From: a virus
Taxonomy: Duplodnaviria; Caudoviricetes
Length of the DNA: 52,739 nucleotides
IMG/VR virus record: IMGVR_UViG_3300032125_000006
Span: 1 to 52,739 of that record
Direction: 5' to 3' (one strand)
In this document: in pieces, positions 38,452-48,335 of the stretch
Layout of the letters: each line of letters opens with the position of its first letter
Position numbering within the stretch: position 1 is the first letter of the stretch
Made by a program: the position numbers and the translations under genes
Notes under the pieces: generated by a model
The model's input: only the letters and a program-made list of their open reading frames with translations
The model's database searches: none
What the model was told of the DNA's origin: nothing

Positions 38452-39122
38452 GCTGCTTCCCTCTTTTGTTTGGGCCCGGCAATGCTCTGCACGAAACCCG
38501 AAACCATCCTGTGAAATTCCATCAGGTCGCTTTCCAGCGCCTCGATATAGTTGTCATCACGCAGCACGCGCTTAACGAACAACTCTTTGCCGACCGGCTC
38601 CAGCCATGGGCAGTACATGATGAAGTCGCACCACTTGCGCCCGGTGATCCACATGCCGCCTTGAATTTGGTCAACGTAATCGTCAACGGCGCTGTCGGGA
38701 TCACTCCACGTTGTGCCGATCTTCTGGCAGTTGGCCGGGCACTTAATTTCCACCATGCCGTCGTCATCAACCAGACCGTCAGACGAATAGCCGAAAAGGC
38801 GGTCATCGGTCATAAGCAAGCCGGACTCGCCAGCCAGCAAGCCGGTTTCCATCTCATAAGCCATGCGAGCCATCGGTTCCAATTCTGATCCCCGGCGCAT
38901 CTGCCAGGTTACAAACGTGTTGTCCAGCGGCTTGCAGGCGATCCGCTCAAGCGCAACCGTCCATGCGTAATCCGTGGACTTTGCCGCGAAGTCACCAGCG
39001 CCGCCGCTCTTGCTCTTTTTTGTGAGTTTGGCGCGGGCATCAACAAAGCGGGATGCAGTGATAACTGTAGCTCTGGCTTGCAGCCATTCCTCAGACCCTT
39101 GCGGTAAATTGAGCGTAATCAT
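38448..39122 (-). CDS. YqaJ/lambda-exonuclease family nuclease
   Basis: QGSEEWLQAR..ITAS, RGSELEP.AR, SSDGL, EIKCP, QIQGGMWIT. Confidence 0.93.
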   Translation of the reverse strand: MITLNLPQGSEEWLQARATVITASRFVDARAKLTKKSKSGGAGDFAAKSTDYAWTVALERIACKPLDNTFVTWQMRRGSELEPMARMAYEMETGLLAGESGLLMTDDRLFGYSSDGLVDDDGMVEIKCPANCQKIGTTWSDPDSAVDDYVDQIQGGMWITGRKWCDFIMYCPWLEPVGKELFVKRVLRDDNYIEALESDLMEFHRMVSGFVQSIAGPKQKREAA

Positions 39123-40045
39123 TGCGCCACTCCTTCCACTGTTTTCTCTTCCAGCTCTTTCAGTTCAGCGCCGCGTTTCTCGACGGCAGCTTTGAACTTG
39201 TTGTATGCCGGCAGGTCTTTGGCCTTCTTAAAATCGACCAGACCGTTTGTCCAGATCTGCTTGAGTGCGTCAGTGCTTTCCGCCTTTATAACCAGGTCAA
39301 CCCAGCGGTTCGCCAGCTCTGGATCCGTGACGGGCTGCCCAGAAAGCTCAATGCCTTGCCCGCCATCTGTGTTCAGGTGGTGAATGGCCTGTTCCAGTCG
39401 CTCGGTCTTCGGCCAATACTTGTAAGCCCGTTTAACGACGGTTTTCTTCCGCATCTCGTCCGAGTCAGTCACCCAGGGGCATGATGATTTTTTGGCGATC
39501 CAGGCCTTCCATGCGCTTGAGCGGTCCCGTATGGCATTAACCTCTGCCTCGCTCATGGTTTCCGTCAGGTAGTCACCATCGGCAGTCTTAACGACAACGT
39601 AGACGCCGCGAGGGTCGCCCCGGTCAGACGAGAATGGGTCAAAGCTGTGTGTTGGCGGCCGGTCCATGCCGTTCAGCGAAAAGCTGTCATTGGTGTAAAC
39701 GATTTCAGCCTGCGCCCACCGGATCGAGCCGGTAGCCATGGCCAGATCCATTAAGCCGATGTAGCTAATATCGAGGCAGACCTTTCCATCTCGTGGCACC
39801 AGATACGCCTGCTTCTTTGCCGGGTTAAGGCTGATACCAATGGCCGCGATGTTGGTCACGGCATTAACGACTGACTGCCGGTTGCTCAGGGCAATCTTTG
39901 TCATGTAATCGCTGGACTGGATGAGCTGGACGGCAAAGCCCGCCTCACGCTCAAAGTTCAAGCCGGTTTCGCTGGCAACCGCTAAAAACGCATCCCGTGT
40001 CGCGTAGATGTCGCTGCTAATTGTTTGAATCGCTGTACTGCTCAT
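39119..40045 (-). CDS. recT: RecT-family single-strand annealing protein
   Basis: GISLNPAKKQAYLVPR..ISYIGL and W..D.DEMRKKTVVKRAYKYWP. Confidence 0.93.
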   Translation of the reverse strand: MSSTAIQTISSDIYATRDAFLAVASETGLNFEREAGFAVQLIQSSDYMTKIALSNRQSVVNAVTNIAAIGISLNPAKKQAYLVPRDGKVCLDISYIGLMDLAMATGSIRWAQAEIVYTNDSFSLNGMDRPPTHSFDPFSSDRGDPRGVYVVVKTADGDYLTETMSEAEVNAIRDRSSAWKAWIAKKSSCPWVTDSDEMRKKTVVKRAYKYWPKTERLEQAIHHLNTDGGQGIELSGQPVTDPELANRWVDLVIKAESTDALKQIWTNGLVDFKKAKDLPAYNKFKAAVEKRGAELKELEEKTVEGVAQ

Positions 40046-41948
40046 GCCGCACACTCCATCTGTTTACGCTCAAAAATCGCCGCATCAACCAGCGGCGCGT
40101 CCTTGACTACCTCGGTAATCGCTTCAACCTTCAGCTTGGCCAGGCTTTTTTTGGCGGCCCCGTTGAGCGCAAAAACCGAGTCATAGAAAATTTCAGGCTC
40201 CATTGTTCTCATCGCTTCAACGACTTCGTAGGCGCCAAAGCTGTTGTAGCCATCGACGGTTTCTAAGTGGAAGTCCTCACCACTGGCCAGAGCCGATGTC
40301 ATCTCAATGGCCAATTCTTCGGCGCGGTTTTCAATCTCTGCCGCATCGTCAATCTGCTTCTGGTTCTGTGCTGCGTTCATTGCGTCGGCGCCTTTTCCAT
40401 CTTGGCCAGAATTGCGTCAACAGCCATCAATCGCGCTATCGCCAGCGCCTCAAACTGTGATGCCGCCAAATCAATAGGGTTATCGGTATCTACACTCCTG
40501 CCGATAAAAAGCTCAATCCCTTCTTTGCTATTGAACGTAATTGCATCGCTATCGACGCTTAGGTGAGCTGCAAAATACTCGCGCTTGGAGATGCCACCTT
40601 CGGCACCGGTGCCAAACTGGTCGGTCGGCATGGCCGGCAAATCTGCGTTATTCATTTCGACCCCCTACGCACACTCATTGCGCACGGCGCACTGGCAAGG
40701 CAGACGATGGTGCTGACGACCAGGCCGATGATTAGGACTGCGGCTATTTCGATTAGTAATATCATGCTGCCTCCCCTTTTCTAACCAGCGCCGCAATCGT
40801 CTCAGCGCCTTCTATGTCAATCGCCAGCTCAGCAAATGCTTCGGCCAGCGCCAGTGCCTCTTTCCGCGTCACAAAAACCCGCGCTTCTGGCAATGTGTCG
40901 TCCAGTTCGGCATTCAGGTCTAGCTGACCCATCTGGCCCCTGATTGTGTGGAACACGTTTCTACCGGCTGGGATTGGGTGATGTATCGTTGCGTCGATCA
41001 TGCTGATTGCCCTTTCGCTACTGATTCCGCTGCAGCCTTAGCTGCTGCTTTAGCTGCCTTCAATGCCGCAGACTCAATCTCGTTCGCCAGTGCAAAAAAC
41101 GCATTTGCAATGGCCCGCGCATCCTGTGCCGTGACGGTCACGCCCACTTTCGAGCCGGTGTCCTCGGTTAGAAAAAGCGATCCCGCATAGCCGGTTACGG
41201 TGTCGAATGTCTGGCTGTGGCCTGCTTCTGGCCGGTAAATGTCGGTCATCATGCTGATTTCTCCGCAACAAAATCCCGGCCAAGGTCAGTAAGGATTGCG
41301 CCGAAATACGGCATTTCGTCAGTGCCATCCCCGCTGTAAGCCTGGGGCTTGGTGATTTTTATTAGCTCTGGGCGGGCAGATTTAACCTCACGAAGATCTA
41401 GCGCTATTCCGTAGTTGTAAACATCAGCCCCGTTAGCCACTGCGGCCATGCTTTTGATCTGCTGGCTAGAAATATTCAGATTGCTCATGCTGCCTCCTTA
41501 TCCGATTCTTTCTTGATCTTCTCGCCACAAAGCGGGCAGTAGCTCATCAAGAGGCTGTCCTGCCCTCTCGCTGTATGCTTGTGAGGCTCGCCAGATTTTT
41601 TAAACTTCTGGTACTCATAAGAGACCGGCAACGTAACCGCCGAGGCCAGTGAGTTACCCTGTAAAAAAAGCGATGCGTTTTTCCACTCCACTGTCAGCGT
41701 TGCCGCTTCTTTTTCCGACAACTGGCTCTTAAAGTCTTCGGTGATCTTCTCTAAAAGCTCCGCAAAACATTTACAGTTGCTCATGCTGCAAACCTCAAGT
41801 TGTCGCGCTTCTCGGTGTACTCAGCCAGCCGCTGCGCATTTGATTTAGCGTCGATGCCGGTCAGCGTGACCGACTGGATGGGGGTGGCCGTAGCGCCGCG
41901 TACTGGGCGCCGGCTGCCGGTGAAGGTGATGCGTTGTGTTGTGGTCAT
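40042..41948 (-). CDS. Run of small coupled early-left genes (40042-40380, 40377-40655, 40762-41001, 40998-41252, 41249-41488, 41485-41784, 41781-41948)
   Basis: Mostly ATGA-type overlaps; functions not recognisable. The first gene (55 aa, MTTTQRITF...) is absent from the ORF track. Confidence 0.6.
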
Positions 41949-41982
41949 GTTGTTTAGCTCCAGTGAATATCTTATGGAACTA

Positions 41983-42032
41983 ACTTTAGTAAACTAAACT
42001 CAGAAGGTCAAGAAAATATTCAGTAAACTTAA
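41983..42032 (-). promoter_or_regulatory. PL promoter with two operators
   Basis: Minus-strand TTGACC-17-TAAAGT; palindromes TTTAGTAAACTAAA (41985) and TTCAGTAAACTTAA (42019). Confidence 0.75.
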
Positions 42033-42126
42033 CTGAATTAATTTTATTTTTGGTGGTGTAGGTAATTGCGGGCTAAGCAATCGTGGATATGGCAGAGAGA
42101 GCAGGGTCTGAAATCACAAATCAGCT

Positions 42127-42513
42127 TCACCCGGTCGCTTTTGATTCCTTCCTGCCATGTCGCTTTGGGGGTGTAACGTCAACGCTTTTCATGCCCCGAA
42201 TAATGCCGAATAACATTTCCTTGTCGCGGTCAGAAAGCTCTCTGTAAATATCGAGAAGGGCGGCTTCGTGGGAGGCAAGCCTTACGCCGGGCAGGTCAGA
42301 GTTGCGCTCCGGGCCTTCCTCCATGGCGATCCAGCGGTCAGAGAAGCCGGTTATGTCGCTGAGGGCATAAAGGCTAGCGAACTTTAGGTTCTTTATGCTT
42401 CCGGCCATCCACTGAGAAACAGCGCCAGGGGTTACCTCGCAGGCGGCAGCAACGTCCTTGCCTTTAACGCCAGAGATTTTTATTGCTCGCTGAATTCTTT
42501 CGTGTAGTTCCAT
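42127..42513 (-). CDS. cI: CI-like HTH (XRE) repressor without an S24 peptidase domain
   Basis: KDVAAACEVTPGAVSQWMAG HTH; short C-terminus (EAALLDIYRELSDRDK); divergent from cro. Confidence 0.85.
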   Translation of the reverse strand: MELHERIQRAIKISGVKGKDVAAACEVTPGAVSQWMAGSIKNLKFASLYALSDITGFSDRWIAMEEGPERNSDLPGVRLASHEAALLDIYRELSDRDKEMLFGIIRGMKSVDVTPPKRHGRKESKATG

Positions 42514-42538
42514 TCGGCAAACAATACGAGATTGTGTG

Positions 42539-42597
42539 TTTAGTAAGCACATTGAGTGTTGCGCTATTTTATTAAGCATACTAAACTAGCATCTAAA
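42539..42597 (+). promoter_or_regulatory. PR promoter with operators
   Basis: TTGCGC(42559)-17-TAAACT(42582); operator TTAAGCATACTAAA (42572) and a partial TTTAGTAAGCACAT (42539) match the OL consensus. Confidence 0.7.
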
Positions 42598-42614
42598 GCA
42601 ATCGGAGGTGGCCA

Positions 42615-42797
42615 GTGAATCTGGAACAAGTTCTTAAGCATTTTGACGCGAAGCCGCACGAGCTGGCCAAGAAAATGGGCGTATCCCGAGGGGCTATTTC
42701 GCAGTGGAAATCTGCAGGGATACCGGAAGGTCGCCAGTGGCAGATCGAAGCATTGACTAAAGGAAAGCTTAAGGCTGACCAGCCAGAAGCAGCGTGA
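42615..42797 (+). CDS. cro: Cro-like repressor
   Basis: LAKKMGVSRGAISQW...IPEGRQWQIEALTKGKLKA; GGAGG RBS. Confidence 0.9.
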   Translation: MNLEQVLKHFDAKPHELAKKMGVSRGAISQWKSAGIPEGRQWQIEALTKGKLKADQPEAA

Positions 42798-42807
42798 GGG
42801 AAAATCG

Positions 42808-43044
42808 ATGAGCAAAGAACTGATTAAGGAAGCCATAGGGCTGCGTCCTGAAGGTCACATTTACGACATGCGCCCTCGTTATGACGTGGATACCTACATC
42901 GAGATACTTCGCATCTCAAAGGAAACCGGCATAAAGCCAAACGTCGTTATTAGGATCGCTACCAAGCTCATGTTTGGCGAGATGCGTGAGCAGGGCCGCG
43001 ATGCGGTTATTAAGGCCATTATGCGCGCCCAGTCCAAGGACTGA
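42808..43044 (+). CDS. Small regulator at the CII position
   Basis: Position after cro; RHH-like pattern. Confidence 0.5.
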   Translation: MSKELIKEAIGLRPEGHIYDMRPRYDVDTYIEILRISKETGIKPNVVIRIATKLMFGEMREQGRDAVIKAIMRAQSKD

Positions 43045-43073
43045 AGAGCCTGACAGTCCCTAAAGGTGGATAA

Positions 43074-43262
43074 ATGAATGTCGAATACACCAGAGAAGAG
43101 ATCAAAGGGCTTATTGAGGCCAATAGGGACGGAGAGTCCCTTGAAGAGTTGGAGTCAAGGATGGCAATGGAATGGCTGGGTAGGTGTCAGCGAGAGGGTA
43201 GAGACCCCGTGAAGGCCATTCGTGAAGCTGTTGCGTCCCTAAAAGGGACTGATAGGGACTGA
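43074..43262 (+). CDS. Small protein, possibly paralogous to the upstream gene
   Basis: Shared C-terminal GRD..KAI motif. Confidence 0.5.
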   Translation: MNVEYTREEIKGLIEANRDGESLEELESRMAMEWLGRCQREGRDPVKAIREAVASLKGTDRD

Positions 43263-43282
43263 ATAGATTTAACAGTACGACT

Positions 43283-43537
43283 GACTCACGTTACGAGTCG
43301 GTATCTGGAAGGGCTTTGAGCGGAACCCAGTAGCAGTGATTTTAGGCTCGCATGGCGGCGCAAGCTGGCTAAGCGGAAAACACGGAATGCGAGTATCTGA
43401 ATAGCCATAGGCGCTGGCAGGTGTCACCAGAGTCCTTCGCAGATGCGGATTACTGGTAATTAAAGCCGGGAAGCCACAGCGGAAACCAGTCCCGGCCCGC
43501 ATCAGCAGTACGACCTGGGCCATGTCGAAAACTGGCC
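43283..43537 (+). ncRNA. Candidate structured RNA upstream of the antirepressor unit
   Basis: 17-pair stem 43302-43318/43428-43445, inner stem 43346-43353/43387-43394 with a GCAA tetraloop, and nested stems in 43442-43503. Confidence 0.5.
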
Positions 43538-43565
43538 TGACAACAAAGCAACTACGAGGCAAATC

Positions 43566-43736
43566 ATGACTACGACAGTGAAGGTAAGCGCGCATTGCGC
43601 CGACGACAAGCAAGTACGGGTCACAGTATCCGGCGACAACAACGTGGAGCCGCCGCAGTTTATTCAAAATGGAGAAGAGGCACAGGTGGTCGTGTACGAC
43701 GATCGTGTCGTCCGTATCCGTGAAGAAGATAAGTAG
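43566..43736 (+). CDS. Small protein (56 aa), not in the ORF track
   Basis: GAGG RBS; MTTTVKVSAHCADDKQVRV...RIREEDK*. Confidence 0.65.
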   Translation: MTTTVKVSAHCADDKQVRVTVSGDNNVEPPQFIQNGEEAQVVVYDDRVVRIREEDK

Positions 43737-43814
43737 GCAGGCATGCATTAAAAAAACCCGCCATGACGGGTGAGGCAATCACCTAGGCGGGTTAATCAGA
43801 AGACGGAGAAGAGT

Positions 43815-44540
43815 ATGTCCCAAGTTATGCCAAGTATCAAATCCAAGTTTCCGACAATGAGCAGCATTGATCTGGTTGATTTCATTAACTCTGAATATCC
43901 AGAGCGGCAGTCGCCACTCAGACACGACCATTTTATGACGAAAGTGCCAAGGGTCTTGGGCTTAACGGCTCCCGAATTTTTGGGAACCGGAACCTACATT
44001 GCAGGAGGCGTAACGCACGCCCGAAATATTTACAATTTCCCAAAACGGGAAGCCTGCCTTATGGCCATGAGTTACAGCTATGACCTTCAGGCAAAAGTGT
44101 TTGACCGGATGACAGAGCTGGAAGGCACCGACCTACCACAGATACCCACAACCCTATCCAGCGCCCTACGCCTTGCCGCTGACCAAGCCGAGCAGATCGA
44201 GCAGCAGCAGAAGGCCATAGAGCAGTCCAAGCCCGCCGTCGAATTTGTTGACCGCTACGTGACCACCGATTCCGGCAGCAAAGGATTCCGCCAGGTTGCC
44301 AAGCTTTTCAGGGCCAATGAGCGCGATCTTCGCCAGTTTTTGGCCGACGAAAAGATTATGTACAGACTGGCAGGGGAATGGATGCCCTACGGCAATCACA
44401 TCGAGGCTGGCCGCTTTGAAGTCAAAACCGGTGTCGCTGACAACGAACATGCCTTTAACGCCGCCAAGTTTACTGCCAAGGGCATCCACTGGCTTGCTGG
44501 CCAATGGGCGGTACACAACCTGCAGCAGGAGTTTTCGTAA
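43815..44540 (+). CDS. ant: Antirepressor (Rha-like N-terminus plus KilAC/ANT C-terminus)
   Basis: TMSSIDL..LRHDHFM.KV and REACLMAMSYSYDLQAKVFD; KPAVEFVDRYV...FTAKGIHWL. Confidence 0.88.
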   Translation: MSQVMPSIKSKFPTMSSIDLVDFINSEYPERQSPLRHDHFMTKVPRVLGLTAPEFLGTGTYIAGGVTHARNIYNFPKREACLMAMSYSYDLQAKVFDRMTELEGTDLPQIPTTLSSALRLAADQAEQIEQQQKAIEQSKPAVEFVDRYVTTDSGSKGFRQVAKLFRANERDLRQFLADEKIMYRLAGEWMPYGNHIEAGRFEVKTGVADNEHAFNAAKFTAKGIHWLAGQWAVHNLQQEFS

Positions 44541-45439
44541 TGGCCAGGGCAAGAAATATTAAGCCGGCGTTTTTTATGAACGAATACCTGGGCACTGCCG
44601 ACATTCACGAAATGGTTTTGTTCGAAGGTCTTTGGTGTTTGGCAGATAAGTCGGGTCGCCTTGAAAATCGCCCCCTGAAGATAGCCGCACAGATATTCCC
44701 TTATCGCGGATTCTCGGCTCAAGTAATTTCCGGAATGATTCGGAACCTGTCTAGTAATGGTTTCTTGGTCGAATATGAGATTGATGGCGAGCAGTTCATA
44801 GAAATAACGAACTTCGTCAAGCACCAGAACCCACACCGCAACGAGAAGCCCAGCGAAATCCCCAACCCAAAGGAAGGTAGCGTAAAAACAACAGCTTGCG
44901 AAGATTCCGGTAATTACGCGAGCAATCCCGATAATTTCGGAAGCGCTCGGGCTGATTCTCTGATTCCTGATTCTCTGATTCCTGATTCCGGATACCTGAT
45001 ACCTGATCCCATAGAACTACCTTGTCCGGCTAAAGCCGAACGGCATGGCGAAGCAAGGTCCAATCTCCCCGCTGAAATAATCGCCCACCTAAACGAGAAG
45101 GCCAACCGGAACTTCAGAGTTGTTCCTGCCAACTCAAAGCTCATTCTCGACAGGGCAAAAGAAGGCGCAACGGTCGACGACTTCAAAGCCGTTATTGACC
45201 GCAAATGCGCGGAGTGGGCGAAAGACCCGAAGATGTCTCAATACCTGCGCCCCGCCACCCTGTTCAACGCTCAGAAGTTCAACAACTACATCGGCCAAAT
45301 CGAAGCACCGCTACCCGCGTCGACCGGAGTGGTTCACCACCTCCAGTCAGTGCCGGCATCCAGAGAGCAGCGAATCCACGACCAAAACGTAGAGGTTGGT
45401 CGCCAGTGGGCCGCGAGAAGGAGAGCGCAAGGTGAATGA
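44540..45439 (+). CDS. Replication initiator (O-like) with a conserved phage C-terminal domain
   Basis: MARARNIKPAFF..GLWCLADKSGRL; NFVKHQNPH; YLRPATLF..KFNNY. Confidence 0.85.
   Translation: MARARNIKPAFFMNEYLGTADIHEMVLFEGLWCLADKSGRLENRPLKIAAQIFPYRGFSAQVISGMIRNLSSNGFLVEYEIDGEQFIEITNFVKHQNPHRNEKPSEIPNPKEGSVKTTACEDSGNYASNPDNFGSARADSLIPDSLIPDSGYLIPDPIELPCPAKAERHGEARSNLPAEIIAHLNEKANRNFRVVPANSKLILDRAKEGATVDDFKAVIDRKCAEWAKDPKMSQYLRPATLFNAQKFNNYIGQIEAPLPASTGVVHHLQSVPASREQRIHDQNVEVGRQWAARRRAQGE
44952..45010 (+). repeat. Tandem CTGAT-based repeats inside the initiator gene (candidate ori/iterons)
   Basis: CTGATTCTCTGATTCCTGATTCTCTGATTCCTGATTCCGGATACCTGATACCTGATCCC, encoding DSLIPDSLIPDSGYLIPDP. Confidence 0.6.
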
Positions 45440-46109
45440 CAACGAGATGGAGCAATTCGCGGAAGTGTGGACAGCGGCCTATGCGGTGTACGGCAGGACT
45501 GTGAGCCTACCCATGCTGGACGTTGTATTCAGCGCCTTGAGCAGCTACAGCCTGCGCGACATACGCACCGGACTGTCCGGCCATATCAAAAACCCCGACA
45601 CGGGCCAATTCCCGCCAAAACCTGCCGATGTTATCAAGCACATCTCCGGTAACAGCCAGTCGTCTGCCGGCGAAGCCTGGGCAAAAGTGGATTTCGCCGT
45701 TCGTTGCGTCGGCAATTACCGTTCCGTGGTGTTCGATGACCCGAAAATCCACGCCGCCATTGAGCGCCTGGGCGGCTGGGTGAAGGTGTCGACCACCGGT
45801 GGCGATGAATACCCGTTCCTGCAAAACCACTTTCTCAAATTGTATCAGGGCTTCACCGTCCAGCCGCCGCAGACCTTCCCGCGAAAACTGCTGGGTACGT
45901 GCGAGCACCAGAACGACCAGTCTTCCAGTTTTCTCCGAGGTCGTGCCGATAACGAGCCGGCGCTGATTGGCGACCGGGAAAAGGCGAAGCAGGTTTACTT
46001 GGGAGGCAAAGAGCAGGGCGTTACAAAGATCAGCCACACCGGCACACAGAGGTTTCTGGAGTCCGAAATTGGCGAGCAAGTGAAGCGATTAGTCGGGGGT
46101 GCCAAATGA
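45432..46109 (+). CDS. DUF6475-like replication accessory (helicase-loader position)
   Basis: GQFPPKPAD..AWAKV..VG.YRSVVFDDP.IHAAI..LGGW. Confidence 0.75.
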   Translation: MNDNEMEQFAEVWTAAYAVYGRTVSLPMLDVVFSALSSYSLRDIRTGLSGHIKNPDTGQFPPKPADVIKHISGNSQSSAGEAWAKVDFAVRCVGNYRSVVFDDPKIHAAIERLGGWVKVSTTGGDEYPFLQNHFLKLYQGFTVQPPQTFPRKLLGTCEHQNDQSSSFLRGRADNEPALIGDREKAKQVYLGGKEQGVTKISHTGTQRFLESEIGEQVKRLVGGAK

Positions 46110-48335
46110 GCCTGCGCCAAGCCGCTGAAGAAGTTATCCAGGGTCGCAAGGCCCGCAAAGAAATGAAATACATCAGCAGCAATCGCAAGATCGCGAAGAA
46201 GTGCGATATCGATGTAACCGTAGTCGAGCGCATCTTGCTGGGCCTGCCCACACGATTTGCCGATGACAACACGCAGCGAACCGTTCTCATCCTGAAAGCT
46301 GAGTATCAAAAATTGCTGACAACTCAGCGCCGCAACGCCCTGGCGATTGTCGCCTACCGGCACGGATTTACGCCGAGCCAGGTTCTGGCCGAACTTGAGC
46401 GCATGGGGGTGGAGCTATGAGCAACAACCAGCAAGGCCGGGGCAATGTCACTGTCAGCTACGGGTTCAAGTTTCGCGCAATGAGCAGCTCCGGCGCAAAA
46501 GAGCACTGCCGAGGCTTTCGGTCTTGGGCGGCTTGGGCGGTAAGGGGCCTGGCTGACGCCATCGACGGACTTGAAAGCATGACGATTGAAGTCACGTCTA
46601 CGCCAGCCATTCCTGAATCTGAGCAGATAGGCGTTATTAATTGCGGCCTACAGCATTCGCGCAACTTGTTTGTTGAGCTTGTGCGGCAGGAGGCGCTTAG
46701 CGAATCCATGCGCGAATACTGCCCTGAGCTGTATTTGGGGGATGACCAATGAGCAACTGCCCACACTGCCAGCGCGGCACCCACCTGCAAAATGGCGTCC
46801 ACATGGGCGAAGTCACAATGGAAAGTTGCAAGCGCGAATTGACGCTGGAGCCGATGACCGACACGCCAAAGATCCGGGAAGTGTGGCATCAGCCAGGCAA
46901 GCGCACGGATGTGCCGTTTACGTGTGGGGGTTCAAAGTGACTCAACAACAAACAATTCTGGAAGCCCTGAAAAATCAGCCGCTCAATCGCCGGCGAATCG
47001 GCCAGCTGCTGGAAGCAAACGAAGTGCAGGTCATGCGCCTGATTAACGAGCTATGCGTATCCGGCCTGATTTATCTGAACAGCTATGGCGAGTATGCCAA
47101 GCGACCCACTCAGGAGCCGACACAATGACAAACGAGATTCTAAATCGGCGCGTTCTGCGCTCAGTGACCATTGCAGGCAAGCCCGTAACGTGCGCCTCAA
47201 TTGCGATAGAGCTTGGCGAGCATCCGAAAGATATTCGCAGCGCCCTGCACGAACTGATGCATGACGGCTTTGTGATAGAGCGCCGCGGGCTTTATGAGTG
47301 CTGTTCGACTGAGCCCAATGGCCCGGAGAGTGCGGCGTGAACAAACCAACAGTAGCGCAATTGAATGACCCCCAATGGTGGGGCGTGTGGGCTCCTGAAG
47401 ATGCCACGCATTACAGCGACTATTACGGCGCCTTCGTGAAGCCCTTCGACTTAGACCAGTGGGTGGTGTTGCGCCAGGGTCCAAAGCCGGTCGTTACATT
47501 TATGGACACCGGAATGCTCTTTGACCGACCCAAATCCCACTCCGCTGATACGCAGCCCGCAGAATCAGGGGATCAAATATCAGTGGAGTGGGATGGCGGC
47601 GGATGGCCTGCGGTTGGCTTGGAGATTGAGATCAACCCATACGGTGACAAGTGGTGTCGCGCTAAGGTTACGGCTTACGGCGAAAAAGAGCTGCTTTACA
47701 AGATAAGTGAACCGCAAATGGATTCGGATGGCGACCTTATCAGTGGGGAGTTGCCCGCCCGTAAACATAAGGCTCAGTTCCGCCCCCTTCGCCCCTCGGA
47801 AGAACGCGCTCGGGATGAACTTGCTGAAGTCATAAACCGCGGGTTATCTAAATGCGGCTGGAAACCAGAACATTCTGATGGCTGCATTGTCGCCGTTGAG
47901 ATAATGGCCGCCGGCTGGCGCAAGGCGGGCGAGCAATGATCGCCTCTATCAGAATCTGGGCAGGCTGCAAGCTCATTTCGTTCGCGCTCTGGCTCATGCC
48001 GCCCGCCTACCGCAGTCAGCGGTTTGTTGGCAATGCCATGCGCACCGGGCATATCAAAGGAGGTGACAAATGCCCCTAATCCTATCTGGAGTCCTGCTTT
48101 TTGCTGTAGGCGTGGCAATGGAGTCTCAGGGCGTCACTGATTTAATCGCATACGCCTCAATGGGTTACGCCTGCGGGCTTATTGGGATGCTGCGATGAAA
48201 GGCATTGGCGAGGGTATCGCATTCGCCGGCCTGTGCGCTTCTGCGGCCTGGCTAGAGGTTAGCGGCATTGGCGCGGGCGGTCTGTGGATCGTGGTTGTGC
48301 TGTGGTCAGCCTTGAGCAACTGGGGGGCGAAATGA
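46106..48335 (+). CDS. Run of coupled nin-region genes (46106-46420, 46417-46752, 46749-46940, 46937-47128 HTH-like, 47125-47340 HTH-like, 47337-47939, 47936-48079, 48070-48198, 48195-48335)
   Basis: Consecutive start/stop overlaps; the last three small hydrophobic ORFs were translated manually. Confidence 0.6.

Noticed and set aside
43259-43275. CTG...CAG upstream of the antirepressor region as an SOS box
   Set aside because: The spacing is one base too long (CTG-N11-CAG) and the first half-site is CTGA.
44952-45010. CRISPR-like or mini-array
   Set aside because: The units are 7-15 bp with no spacers and lie in frame within a gene; no cas genes are present.
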